This document shows positions 25,415 to 34,722 of a DNA stretch of 64,000 nt, in pieces. The notes under the pieces are model-generated. The model ran no database searches. It had not been told where the DNA came from and was given only the letters and a program-made list of their open reading frames with translations. Numbering within the stretch: position 1 is the first letter of the stretch; the number at the start of each line of letters is the position of its first letter. The position numbers were made by a program, and so were the translations under genes. Source of the DNA: Deltaproteobacteria bacterium (lineage in GTDB: Bacteria > UBA10199 > JADFYH01); contig JADFYH010000010.1 of assembly GCA_015233135.1 (NCBI GenBank), forward strand, positions 7,565 through 71,564, given 5' to 3'.

Positions 25415-27238
25415 ATGACCTTCATTCAAAACAATATTCAAAAATTTCTTGAGCGTTACCCCCAAGAAAAAGAGCTGGCTTCACTCTTGAGTTCCTTGCC
25501 ACCCAATCCACAAAAAGTTTTGAATCCGAGTGCTCATCTTTCTCTAGATGCTGAACTCAAGAAGAGTCGCATGCTTATTTTTCTAGGTTTAGGGGATGCA
25601 CTTTGTTTCAAGAGACTTTTTCCCATCCTCAAAGATCAAAATTTTATTTTTGTGATTTTTGAGCGATCGCTCGAGGTGCTTGCCAAACTTTGGAGTGAGG
25701 GAGATTGGACAGAATTTTTGGAACATCCCCGTACTTTCTGGTTTCTGGGAAAAAAAACTTCTTATACAAGAGAGTTCCAAGAGGCCTTTTCTAACATCTC
25801 GTTGGTGAATTCCATTGGGGCCTGCACCTTTGTAAAATTACCGGATGAGGCCTTGGAGTCCAATCTCTATGATCAGCTTTTGGATCTTTTTATTGAGGCA
25901 GGAAGTCAGCAAATTCAGAATGTAGCTGCCTTTCCGGAAGATGCCTATCGGGGGATGATGAATTATGTGCGCAATACTTCTAAAATTGCCAGCATTCCCC
26001 GTCTAGAAGAGTTTAAAGATTATTACCGAGGGATGTCTGGTATTGTCGTTTCAGCGGGGCCTTCCTTAAAGTTCTGTTTGCCCCTTCTCAAAAAACTTCA
26101 AAAACACGCCCTGGTGGTTTGTGTTGATGCTGTCTATAAGCTTCTGCTCTCACAAGGAATTATCCCTCATTTTGTGACTTCTATGGAACGAGCGGCCACC
26201 TGTGAGTTTTTTGAAGGTACTCCGCTCCAGTCTCAAAGTTGCTTAATTACGCTGCCTCTCCTTCAACCAGAAAGTCTGGAGGCCTTTCAAGGCCCCCAAG
26301 TGTTTTTACCTAGTGTAGGGAATGGGCACGAATTTTTTTACCCGGAACACAAGGGAAATGATATCGGTCGTTCCTCGGCCACCTTGGCCTATGCGGCGCT
26401 GGCCTTGCTGGGTTGTGATTCCATTTATTTGATGGGACAAGACCTGGCCTTTGATCGCTTTTCAGAGGCTTCCCACGTCTCTGGAGTTTGGAATTTGGTG
26501 AGAGAAGAGGGCGAATGTATTCATCAAAAGTTAAAGCAGGAAAAAATTGAGAATAATCCCAATTGGATAGAAGGAAACAATGGACAGCCTATTTTAAGCC
26601 GGGATTGTTGGAAGAGTTTCAAAGAAGATTTTGTACGTCTGGGTCAAAAGTATTCCTGCAAGACCTTTAATATTATTCCACGGGACTATGGGGCTAAAAT
26701 TCCGGGTGTTTCACAAATTGAGCCTGAAGAGGCCTTGTTGCATTTCGACCTTTCTCAAGATGCCTGGGCCAAAGATATTGTTCCCTTGCTTCAAATTCCC
26801 TTGGAACAAAAAAAGAAAAAGGAAGCAGAGACAACAGAGACGATGCAGAGGGCCATTTCTTTTTTTGATGAGACTTTTGTTCCCACGATTTTAGAAATGA
26901 ACCAGGCCCTTTCGCTTTATTATCAATACAACTTTCCTATGGTGAATGGTGAGGAATTAGAAAAGAAGTACGAATCTCTCTTTAATGAGTTGGAAAAAGC
27001 AGAAAATCTTCTGCTTAAAAAAGATTCTTTAGTGGTCAACGGTTTGATGCTTCCTTTCTTTCAATACCTCATGCCAGTCATGTGCATTGAAATCTCAAAA
27101 GTTCGTAATGAACCCATCCCTTATGTGGAAAAGGTTCAACAAATTGTAAACAAATTGTTTGGGCATTATAAAGATTTACTCTATTGGGGTATGAGAGTGA
27201 ATGATCTTCTCAAAAGAAGATTGAGTGGGAATATCTGA
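25415..27238 (+). CDS. maf: Maf/DUF115 family protein, divergent paralogue 2
   Basis: 607 aa with the core motifs GIVVSAGPSL, VCVDAVYKLLLSQGIIPH, YLMGQDLAFD, IEGNNGQPI and NIIPRDYGAKIPG. Confidence 0.7.
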   Translation: MTFIQNNIQKFLERYPQEKELASLLSSLPPNPQKVLNPSAHLSLDAELKKSRMLIFLGLGDALCFKRLFPILKDQNFIFVIFERSLEVLAKLWSEGDWTEFLEHPRTFWFLGKKTSYTREFQEAFSNISLVNSIGACTFVKLPDEALESNLYDQLLDLFIEAGSQQIQNVAAFPEDAYRGMMNYVRNTSKIASIPRLEEFKDYYRGMSGIVVSAGPSLKFCLPLLKKLQKHALVVCVDAVYKLLLSQGIIPHFVTSMERAATCEFFEGTPLQSQSCLITLPLLQPESLEAFQGPQVFLPSVGNGHEFFYPEHKGNDIGRSSATLAYAALALLGCDSIYLMGQDLAFDRFSEASHVSGVWNLVREEGECIHQKLKQEKIENNPNWIEGNNGQPILSRDCWKSFKEDFVRLGQKYSCKTFNIIPRDYGAKIPGVSQIEPEEALLHFDLSQDAWAKDIVPLLQIPLEQKKKKEAETTETMQRAISFFDETFVPTILEMNQALSLYYQYNFPMVNGEELEKKYESLFNELEKAENLLLKKDSLVVNGLMLPFFQYLMPVMCIEISKVRNEPIPYVEKVQQIVNKLFGHYKDLLYWGMRVNDLLKRRLSGNI

Positions 27239-27245
27239 ATCAAAT

Positions 27246-29165
27246 ATGAGCTACTTCGAAAAAAACTTTGCTGTCCTTGCAACCACTCATCCCAAACTAG
27301 CTCAAAAAATAAGTGGCATTAAATATTTGTCCAAGAACTTGGTCGAAATTTCTCCAGGCGTTTTTGATCTCAAAGATGAGCAAGGAAGGCTCTTTTATCA
27401 GGGGAAGCCTTTAATAAAGGCTGAAGAGTATTTAAAAAAAGTGAATCTCGCTTTTCCTGAGTTTGTTGTTTTTTATGGTTTGGGTCTGGGTTATTCTTTC
27501 CAGAAATTCTGTAAACAATGCACACAATTTAAAATAGCTTTTGTGGTAGAAAAATCTCTGGATCTTTTTCGCTATTCTCTGGAAGTGACCGATTGGACAG
27601 AGATTCTCGCTTCGAAAAAATTAGTTTTGTTAGTGGACGCAGAACTTGAGGAGTTGAAGAACAGTATTCTGACTATTCTTGGGGATGGAAGTTTTCTTGT
27701 CTTTGTCAAGGCAATGACCACGATTCATGAGGAGGTCTCTTTGGTCTGGGGCAACAAGGGGGATTATTACGTTTCTGTGGCCCAGTGTATGAAGGAGCAA
27801 ATTGAATACGTTTCTCGATTCTTCATTGGAGAGGGGGAGGACAATTTTCAAGGTTTTATGAATGTTGTGAATAATGTTTTTCATGCCTACCAGGTTCCTT
27901 CTTTTACTGCTTTGCTGGAACGTTTTCAGAAGTTTCCAGGAATTGTGGTGTCTACAGGGCCTTCGTTGAATTATTCGCTGGAATGGCTGAAAAAGGTACA
28001 GAATAAGGCTGTGATTGCCTGCGCCGATTCAGCCCTGCGCATTTTACTCAAACACGGGATTACCCCGCATCTGGTGGGTTCTCTTGAACGAATCTATTGC
28101 ACCAGAAAATATTTCGAAGAATTTAACGATTTAAGTCAAACTTTTTTACTTAGCGATTTGAGTGTCTGGCCTGAAACCTATCAAAAGTATAGCGGGCCCA
28201 AAATTAATTTTTTCCGTACCGTAGGCCAGCAGCGTTGGTTTTTTCCAAAAGAAATATTAAGGAATGCAGGCAATTCGGTGGCACACGAACTTTTTTTGGC
28301 TCTTTATTATATGGGTTGCTCTCCCATTTTTCTAGTGGGGCAGGATTTAGCTTATGATCCTCATAACCATGCAGGTCATGCCCAGGGGGCTTCCTCTTTT
28401 CTGGAGGACTATGACAAACAAGAGCTGGAAGGAATCCAATTTCATTATGTCTCTACTGGAAAGAAAGAGGTGTGGGTGGAGGGGAATAGTGGAAAACCTA
28501 TTCTGAGCAGTCCCACTTGGAATGGTTTTAGGCTTTTTTTTGAAACCCTTCTCAAAAAAGAGGGGGTGGATTGCTACAATGTGATTCCCCAGGAATATGG
28601 GGCTCGCTTGAAGAATGCAAAATGGCTGGATCCTCATCAGGCCTTGGAATTTTTCAGTGAAGAGAGGGATGTCTTTGCTATTCTGAAAGAGAGTCTTGAA
28701 CAATCTCCTGTGGAAGAGAAAGAAGTATTTCTTGAAAAGATAAAAATGAGATTTCAAGTTGCCCTGGGGTATCTAAAAAATTCTCAGGAAATCACTTTGG
28801 ATATTTTGGATAGTATTTCTATTTTCCAGCATCGTTTTGATTTGCAACTTTTTGGTTTGGAAACTTATCGCCCACTTTTACTTCGATTGGAGCAGACGAT
28901 CAATGAGTTGGAAAAGGTCCCGGAGAGTTTCGAAGATGATTTTTTTGGCAACTTTCTTCTTCCACAAATTCAGGGCGAATTAATTCCCTTTTATCAAGGG
29001 ATAGAAGCTGCGCTGAAACTGCCGGAGCAGTCGATATTTCGTATTCGGGAGCAAATCAAAATGCTGAGAACTTGGCTGAAGACGGTGCATTATGCCTGTG
29101 CAAGGATGGAGAATTTTATTCTTAAAAATTTGTCGGAAGAAAATCAGACGCTCTTGGAAAATTGA
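27246..29165 (+). CDS. maf: Maf/DUF115 family protein, paralogue 3 (tandem copy)
   Basis: ATG 27246 (MSYFEKNFAVL) aligns with the N-termini of paralogues 1 and 4. The ORF-track GTG at 27225 lies inside the tail of the upstream gene. The core motifs match paralogue 1. Confidence 0.75.
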   Translation: MSYFEKNFAVLATTHPKLAQKISGIKYLSKNLVEISPGVFDLKDEQGRLFYQGKPLIKAEEYLKKVNLAFPEFVVFYGLGLGYSFQKFCKQCTQFKIAFVVEKSLDLFRYSLEVTDWTEILASKKLVLLVDAELEELKNSILTILGDGSFLVFVKAMTTIHEEVSLVWGNKGDYYVSVAQCMKEQIEYVSRFFIGEGEDNFQGFMNVVNNVFHAYQVPSFTALLERFQKFPGIVVSTGPSLNYSLEWLKKVQNKAVIACADSALRILLKHGITPHLVGSLERIYCTRKYFEEFNDLSQTFLLSDLSVWPETYQKYSGPKINFFRTVGQQRWFFPKEILRNAGNSVAHELFLALYYMGCSPIFLVGQDLAYDPHNHAGHAQGASSFLEDYDKQELEGIQFHYVSTGKKEVWVEGNSGKPILSSPTWNGFRLFFETLLKKEGVDCYNVIPQEYGARLKNAKWLDPHQALEFFSEERDVFAILKESLEQSPVEEKEVFLEKIKMRFQVALGYLKNSQEITLDILDSISIFQHRFDLQLFGLETYRPLLLRLEQTINELEKVPESFEDDFFGNFLLPQIQGELIPFYQGIEAALKLPEQSIFRIREQIKMLRTWLKTVHYACARMENFILKNLSEENQTLLEN

Positions 29166-29170
29166 TATGG

Positions 29171-29240
29171 CCCTTTATTGGAGTGTGAGAGAAGAGTGAT
29201 CTTCTCAAAAGGAGATTGAGTGAGAAGATCTGAGCTAAAT
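29171..29240 (+). pseudogene. relic of the 3' end of a maf2-type gene (duplication scar)
   Basis: gccctttattggagtgtgagag...gatcttctcaaaaggagattgagtgagaagatctga parallels 27176-27238 (..LYWGMRVNDLLKRRLSGNI*). The frame is broken. Confidence 0.7.
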
Positions 29241-31169
29241 ATGAACTATTTCGAAAAAAACTTTGCTGTCCTTGAAACCACTCATCCCAAACTAGCCCAA
29301 AAAATAAGGGAAATAAAATACGTTCCCGAGCAATTGGTTGAAGTTTCTCCAGGCATTTTTGACCTCAAAGATGCCCAAGGGAAACTTCTTTATCAAGGGC
29401 AGCCCCTGCTAAAAGCAGAAGAGTATTTAAAAAAGACAAATCTTATTTCTCCGAAGTTTGTGGTTTTTTATGGTCTGGGTCTGGGGTATTCTTTCCAGCA
29501 ATTCTGCAAAAAATTCTCACAGAAATTTGAAGCAGCGATTGTGCTGGAACGGTCTCTTACTCTCTTTCGCTATTCGCTGGAACTAACTGATTGGACAGAG
29601 ATCCTTACTTCTCAAAAATTGCTTTTGTTGGTGGATGAGGAACTTGAAGCGCTGCAGGAAAAGCTTCAAGCCTTTTTTGCAGATGGAAATATGCTTGTCT
29701 TTATCAAGGACATGCCCCTGATTTATGAGGAGGTCTCTTTGGTCTGGGACAAGAAGGAAGATTATTATGTCTCTGTGGCCCAGTGTATGAAGGAACAAAT
29801 TGAACAGGTTTCTGAATTCATGGTTGGAGATTGGGAAGACAATTATCAAGGTTTTATGAATGTTGTAAATAATGTCTTTCATGCCCACCAGGTTCCTTCT
29901 TTCACTTGTTTACTGGAACGTTTCCGGGACTTTCCAGGTATTGTGGTGTCGACAGGGCCCTCGTTGAATCATTCGCTGGAATGGTTGAAAAAGGTACAGA
30001 ACAAGGCTGTGATTGCCTGTGCAGATTCAGCCCTGCGCATCTTACTCCAGCATGGGATTACCCCACATCTAGTTGGTTGTTTAGAGCGAATCAGTTGTAC
30101 CAGAAAATATTTCGAAGAATTTAACGATTTAAGGCGAACTTTTTTACTTAGCGATTTGAGCGTCTGGCCCGAAACCTATCAAAAGTATAGCGGGCCCAAA
30201 ATTAATTTTTTTCGTCCCTTAGGTCAACAGGGCTGGTTTTTCCCCAAAGAAATCTTAAGAAACGCAGGTAGTTCGGTGGCGCATGAACTTTTTTTTGTTC
30301 TTTGTTATATGGGTTGTTCTTCCGTTTTTCTTGTGGGTCAGGATTTGGCCTACGATCCTTACACTCACGCAGGTCACGCTCAAGGGGCTTCCTCCTTCCA
30401 GGAGGACTGTGACAAAAAAGAGCTGCAACACATTCAACAGCATTATGTTTCCGCTGGAAGCAAAGAGGTATGGGTGGAAGGTAATAATGAAAAACTCATT
30501 TTAAGTAGCCCAATTTGGAATAGTTTCAGGTTTTTTTTTGAAAGTATTCTCAAAAAAGAGGGGGTGGGGATCCATTGTTACAATGTAATTCCGAAGGAAT
30601 ACGGAGCTCGTTTAAAAAATGCAAAGTGGCTGGATCCTGATCAGGCCTTGGAATTTTTTAGTGAAGAAAGAGATGTATTTGCTCTTCTGAAAGAGAGTAT
30701 CGAACAATCTCCTGTAGAAGAGAAAGAAGTGTTTTTGGAAAAAATGAAAATGAAATTCCGGACAGCCCTGGGGTATCTAAGAAATTTTCAGGAAATCACT
30801 TTGGATATTTTGGATAGCATTTCTATTTTCCAGCATCGTTTTGATTTGCAACTTTTTGGTCTGGAAACTTATCGCCCACTTTTGCTTCGATTGGAGCAGA
30901 CGATCAATGAGTTGGAAAATATTCCTGAAAATCTCGAGGATAATTTCTTTGGCAATTTTCTTTTTCCACAAATTCAGGGCGAACTAATTCCCTTTTATCA
31001 AGGGATAGAAGCTGCGTTAAAACTGCCAGAACAGTCGACATTTCGTATTCGGGAACAAATCAAAATGCTGAGAACTTGGCTGAAGACGGTGCATTATGCC
31101 TGTGCAAGGATGGAGAATTTTATTCTTAAAAATTTGTCGGAAGAAAATCAGACACTTTTTGAAAGTTGA
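29241..31169 (+). CDS. maf: Maf/DUF115 family protein, paralogue 4 (tandem copy)
   Basis: ATG 29241 (MNYFEKNFAVL). The ORF-track GTG at 29220 lies in a relic of a maf 3' end. The C-terminal ~170 aa are nearly identical to paralogue 3. Confidence 0.75.
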   Translation: MNYFEKNFAVLETTHPKLAQKIREIKYVPEQLVEVSPGIFDLKDAQGKLLYQGQPLLKAEEYLKKTNLISPKFVVFYGLGLGYSFQQFCKKFSQKFEAAIVLERSLTLFRYSLELTDWTEILTSQKLLLLVDEELEALQEKLQAFFADGNMLVFIKDMPLIYEEVSLVWDKKEDYYVSVAQCMKEQIEQVSEFMVGDWEDNYQGFMNVVNNVFHAHQVPSFTCLLERFRDFPGIVVSTGPSLNHSLEWLKKVQNKAVIACADSALRILLQHGITPHLVGCLERISCTRKYFEEFNDLRRTFLLSDLSVWPETYQKYSGPKINFFRPLGQQGWFFPKEILRNAGSSVAHELFFVLCYMGCSSVFLVGQDLAYDPYTHAGHAQGASSFQEDCDKKELQHIQQHYVSAGSKEVWVEGNNEKLILSSPIWNSFRFFFESILKKEGVGIHCYNVIPKEYGARLKNAKWLDPDQALEFFSEERDVFALLKESIEQSPVEEKEVFLEKMKMKFRTALGYLRNFQEITLDILDSISIFQHRFDLQLFGLETYRPLLLRLEQTINELENIPENLEDNFFGNFLFPQIQGELIPFYQGIEAALKLPEQSTFRIREQIKMLRTWLKTVHYACARMENFILKNLSEENQTLFES

Positions 31170-31191
31170 GTAGGTTACGAAAGAAGTCTAA

Positions 31192-31899
31192 TCAGGCGAC
31201 CATTTTCCTTCCCAACATAAACGCTTCGGCTGCACAAAATCCGGCCATAGCTCCCCGATATTTTGCCAAGGCCTCGATGGCTTCATAAGATCGTAAATGA
31301 GGCCAGGCCCTCATCTCCAGGTGGTAGGCTTCCAGTGCTTTCATTTTTAACTCAAGAGTAGAAGTGATATCTTCAAACCATTGGGCCAAAAAAGCAGTTT
31401 GGGTGCTTTGAATTTGGTAGTCTGTACTAGAAGGGGTTTCAAAAAATAATATTTGTTGAATGGATGATCCGGGCAAGGCACGAGCCGCAGTGATGGCAGC
31501 TTGATGAGTAATTTGGTGGTCGATGTTGATATCATAGCCATGGTGGGTCCACAGAATATTAGGTTTTATTTTTTTTATGATAGGTTCAATTTTTTGAATA
31601 ATTTTTAATAGAGGAATTTTATCAAGTTGGTTGTCTGGAAAGTTTAAAAAAATGGGAATCTCTGTCCCCAAAATTTTAGCTGCATTTTTGGCTGCTTCTT
31701 TTAAATTTTTCAATTCGGGATTTTTTTTTGAGTTTCTATTTAACCCCTTGGTTAAGCCTCTGGAGGTTGCTCCCTCAGCTAAAATGACAGGATAAACTTC
31801 AGCTCCCTGCCGTGAATATTTTGCAATCGTTCCCCCACAACCGAGTATTTCGTCATCGGGATGGGAGGCAATAATAAGTATTATTTCTTTTTGGGTCAT
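31192..31899 (-). CDS. PIG-L/LmbE family N-acetyl-sugar deacetylase
   Basis: Carries the ASHPDDEILGCGGT zinc-binding motif and downstream HHGYDINIDH. Confidence 0.75.
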   Translation of the reverse strand: MTQKEIILIIASHPDDEILGCGGTIAKYSRQGAEVYPVILAEGATSRGLTKGLNRNSKKNPELKNLKEAAKNAAKILGTEIPIFLNFPDNQLDKIPLLKIIQKIEPIIKKIKPNILWTHHGYDINIDHQITHQAAITAARALPGSSIQQILFFETPSSTDYQIQSTQTAFLAQWFEDITSTLELKMKALEAYHLEMRAWPHLRSYEAIEALAKYRGAMAGFCAAEAFMLGRKMVA

Positions 31900-31913
31900 G
31901 AATCACCATTTCA

Positions 31914-32579
31914 TTAAATTTTTGTCGCAACCAAATCCCAAGTGGCAAGAGTGAAGGATTGATCGGGGATGAGTTGTTTTTTTATTTTGTGAGCCAAGTA
32001 TTCAATGTGAAAAATTTTAAACAAATCTTTTAGGTGTTGTACATCAGAAAAGTGTACGCGCCCCAATTTGGCAAACTGACCTTTTGTGAAGTGGCTTCGT
32101 GTATAAATATCTTCCTCTGGAAGCCCTTTGGGATATTCACTGTGTTCGGTTGAAAACCAATCTACCCCGATAAACTTCCCGTTAACATCGAGCAAGTCGT
32201 ATAATCTTTTTATGGTAGATAAAATTGCTGCAGTGGCGTTGTGAGTCAGAGCCCCTCTGTCAATAATGAGTTGAAACGGCCCCTCGAAAGGAAGCGGTTG
32301 AGTAAAATCTCCTGCTAAAATTTTCCCCTTGAGTTGGGGGTATTGCAGCTTTAATTTTTCTACTATGTGTGAACTCCCCTCAATTGCATAATAATCGGCT
32401 TCAAGATGCATGAATAATGGAATATTTGCCCCGGCCCCACAACCTATTTCCAAAACTCTAAAACTCTTTTTCAGAGACGAAGCATTGCGCATTACTAGGG
32501 ATACCAAATCGGACCAAGGGAAAATACTGAGGTGTGTGTTTTCTTGATAGCGTTCATTCCATTCATTTGAAAAAGTCAT
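31914..32579 (-). CDS. class I SAM-dependent methyltransferase
   Basis: Motif I VLEIGCGAGAN. 221 aa. Confidence 0.7.
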   Translation of the reverse strand: MTFSNEWNERYQENTHLSIFPWSDLVSLVMRNASSLKKSFRVLEIGCGAGANIPLFMHLEADYYAIEGSSHIVEKLKLQYPQLKGKILAGDFTQPLPFEGPFQLIIDRGALTHNATAAILSTIKRLYDLLDVNGKFIGVDWFSTEHSEYPKGLPEEDIYTRSHFTKGQFAKLGRVHFSDVQHLKDLFKIFHIEYLAHKIKKQLIPDQSFTLATWDLVATKI

Positions 32580-32588
32580 ATTTGTTCC

Positions 32589-33266
32589 TTAATTTAAAGA
32601 TGAAAATTCAGTGTTTGAAACATTCATCCAGGCATCTAAAATACTCAAGCAAGGTATAAAATTACCGTAGAGTTGAGGGTATTTCGTAGGTAAAAAATTT
32701 TGATATTCCACTTGGATCCCTTGCTCTTTAAATTTTTTTTCTTCCAGATAATTCTTACCCAAAGCCCCCGATAAGTAATGCGTGGCTGAAAAATGTTGGC
32801 AAAGATTCAGAATCAGATCCGATTTATCTCCCGAAATCGAAATATTGCTGCTTCGCACTAAGTGAGACTGAATTTGAAGCTCTTGAAGCCAAAAAAGCAA
32901 GTGTTCAAAACATAAATCCGAAAGGAAATCGAAGTTCCTTTGATACAGCTGTTGCAGTTTTGGATAGTTTGCTTCAAAAAAAGGAGCTTTGCGATAGTTT
33001 TGCTGAATAGTTTTTAAATGTTTATCTTTCCAAGCTTGAGTGGAATCAATACGGGTTTCGCTCAGATTAGATTGGGTATGGCCTTTCACAAGTACAGGAA
33101 TCGTTAGCCACAAGGCCCCTTGAGGAGTTTTGATTTTGTTGCGATTGATGAAACTGTTTTTTTCAAATTGGACGGTATCTAAAAAAACAAAGACATCACT
33201 ACGCTTAATTTTTTCCAGATAGCCCAGCCAAGGCAGATAAGCAGGTTGGTGCACCGAGATCCTCAT
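32589..33266 (-). CDS. WbqC-like family protein
   Basis: The N-terminus MRISVHQPAYLPWLGYLEKI is typical of WbqC-like proteins found in glycan clusters. ATGA overlap with the aminotransferase gene. Confidence 0.6.
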   Translation of the reverse strand: MRISVHQPAYLPWLGYLEKIKRSDVFVFLDTVQFEKNSFINRNKIKTPQGALWLTIPVLVKGHTQSNLSETRIDSTQAWKDKHLKTIQQNYRKAPFFEANYPKLQQLYQRNFDFLSDLCFEHLLFWLQELQIQSHLVRSSNISISGDKSDLILNLCQHFSATHYLSGALGKNYLEEKKFKEQGIQVEYQNFLPTKYPQLYGNFIPCLSILDAWMNVSNTEFSSLN

Positions 33267-34288
33267 GATTGGAGTGCTCCTAAAATTTGCTCAAGCTCCC
33301 GATCAGATAAAGAGGGGTAGAGCGGTAAAGAAAGAGTATTTTGGCACAGCTCATTTGCGTTTGGAAATAAGTGTGCAGGGCCTAGCAATTCTTGTTGTTC
33401 AATAGGAATAATGGTTTTTATTCCGAGTGAAAATAGTTTTTCTTTCCATTGTATTGCATCCTTTGTTTTCCAGACAGCGCGGTATCTTACCGAACTTTGT
33501 CCAGACTGAGGGAGTTCTTTCCCAATTAAATCGAGTCCTAAGCTTGAATATTTCTGAAAGATTTCTTCCCTTTTTTTAAGAAAATCTGGGAGTCTTTCGA
33601 GTTGAGCTCTTCCTATGGCGGCCTGCAATTCAGTCATCTGGAAATTAAAGCGATCTTGATTGTCATTTTTATTGTCAAAATAAATGTAATCTCGAAGGGT
33701 GTTGATGTACTTTTTATTCTTGGAAACAATCATCCCTCCCTGGCCACCACTGGTCATCAGTTTGGTGGCGTAGAAAGAAAAAATTCCAATTTCGCCGATG
33801 CTGCCTAATGCCTTGTCCTGTAGAGATGCTCCCAATGCCTGAGCACAATCTTCGATGATAAGTTTGGAGCTCACTTTCTGAAAGTCACAGGGGATCCCAT
33901 ATAAATGAGGGATAATTACAATTTCAGCAGCCGATTTTTCAGCTTGCTCCAAGTCAATATGAGGGGAGCTGGGAGCGGTATCGAGTATTACAGCTTCAGC
34001 ATTAGCGAGACGCACAGCCTGTTTTAGAGAAGAACAAACATAAGTGGGAAAAGAAACTTTTTTACCTTTTGCCTCTAGAACCAAGAGAGCTAGATAAAGA
34101 GCTGCGGATCCGCTGGAAACAGCTAGGGCGTGTCCTTCTGGGAGCTTTAAAAATTCACAAAATTCTTTTTCAAATAGAGGAATTTCTTCTCCACCGCAAA
34201 GCAGCTGACTTTCTAAAACTCTTCGAGAGGTCTCTATTTCGATTTTTCCAAGAGTCGGTCGATTGTGTGGGATAATTGTTTTATTCAT
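33263..34288 (-). CDS. DegT/DnrJ/EryC1/StrS-family sugar aminotransferase (PseC/LegC-like)
   Basis: SGSAALYLAL motif and the PLP-lysine region FSFYATKLMTSGGQGGMIV. 341 aa. Confidence 0.75.
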   Translation of the reverse strand: MNKTIIPHNRPTLGKIEIETSRRVLESQLLCGGEEIPLFEKEFCEFLKLPEGHALAVSSGSAALYLALLVLEAKGKKVSFPTYVCSSLKQAVRLANAEAVILDTAPSSPHIDLEQAEKSAAEIVIIPHLYGIPCDFQKVSSKLIIEDCAQALGASLQDKALGSIGEIGIFSFYATKLMTSGGQGGMIVSKNKKYINTLRDYIYFDNKNDNQDRFNFQMTELQAAIGRAQLERLPDFLKKREEIFQKYSSLGLDLIGKELPQSGQSSVRYRAVWKTKDAIQWKEKLFSLGIKTIIPIEQQELLGPAHLFPNANELCQNTLSLPLYPSLSDRELEQILGALQS

Positions 34289-34722
34289 TTTTTCTTGTAA
34301 TAAGCAGGATAAACTTTTGCAGGATTGCCTATCACCAGAGAATAGGGAGGAATGGTTTCCTGTCTGACCACCGTTCCTGCTGCAATGACGCTATGATGGC
34401 CAATTTTGGCCCCCCCTAAAATTGCACAGTGGCTACCCACGAAAACATTTTTTCCTAACTCAATTTTTTTTCTCAAAATTTTATTCTTTTTCCCGATACA
34501 TAAAAGGTGTGAATCTGCAGCATTGATTGTGACAAAAGAGGCGATATCGCAATAATTGCCTATTTTCACTTGAGTTCCCTTTGCATTCACCTCTGAAAAT
34601 GCCCCAATGTACACCCCTTTTCCAACCTTCGGTGTTCCTTTGATTAATACCAAGGGATGAAAAGGGTTGGGCAGAAAATCAATCATCTTTGCAAATAAAT
34701 TTTTAAAGAGATTCAGTTCCAT
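34285..34722 (-). CDS. hexapeptide-repeat (LbH) acetyltransferase
   Basis: 145 aa with a left-handed beta-helix repeat pattern (IGNYCDIASFVTINAADSH...VFVGSHCAILGGAKIGHHSVIAAGTVV). Confidence 0.7.
   Translation of the reverse strand: MELNLFKNLFAKMIDFLPNPFHPLVLIKGTPKVGKGVYIGAFSEVNAKGTQVKIGNYCDIASFVTINAADSHLLCIGKKNKILRKKIELGKNVFVGSHCAILGGAKIGHHSVIAAGTVVRQETIPPYSLVIGNPAKVYPAYYKKK

Larger units (their letters stand above)
27179..31169 (+). repeat. tandem ~2.0-kb duplication (unit = last ~65 bp of a maf2-type gene + complete maf gene)
   Basis: 27179-29165 aligns with 29174-31169, including the upstream non-coding or tail segment. The 3' roughly 500 bp are nearly identical. Confidence 0.8.

Noticed and set aside
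27225-27245. GTG-initiated N-terminal extensions of maf3 (27225) and maf4 (29220)
   Set aside because: The extensions are not conserved between the copies at protein level. They lie in the maf2 tail or its relic, and all three paralogues align from the internal ATG (M-N/S-F/Y-FEKNFAVL).
30531-30539. T9 run in maf4 (and T8 at the same place in maf3, A9 in the PIG-L gene at 31721-31729) as slippage switches
   Set aside because: They encode FFF/KKK in an AT-rich genome where such runs are expected by composition. Without read-level heterogeneity there is no basis for a claim. Only the A9 at the PseG/PseH joint is reported, because of its position.
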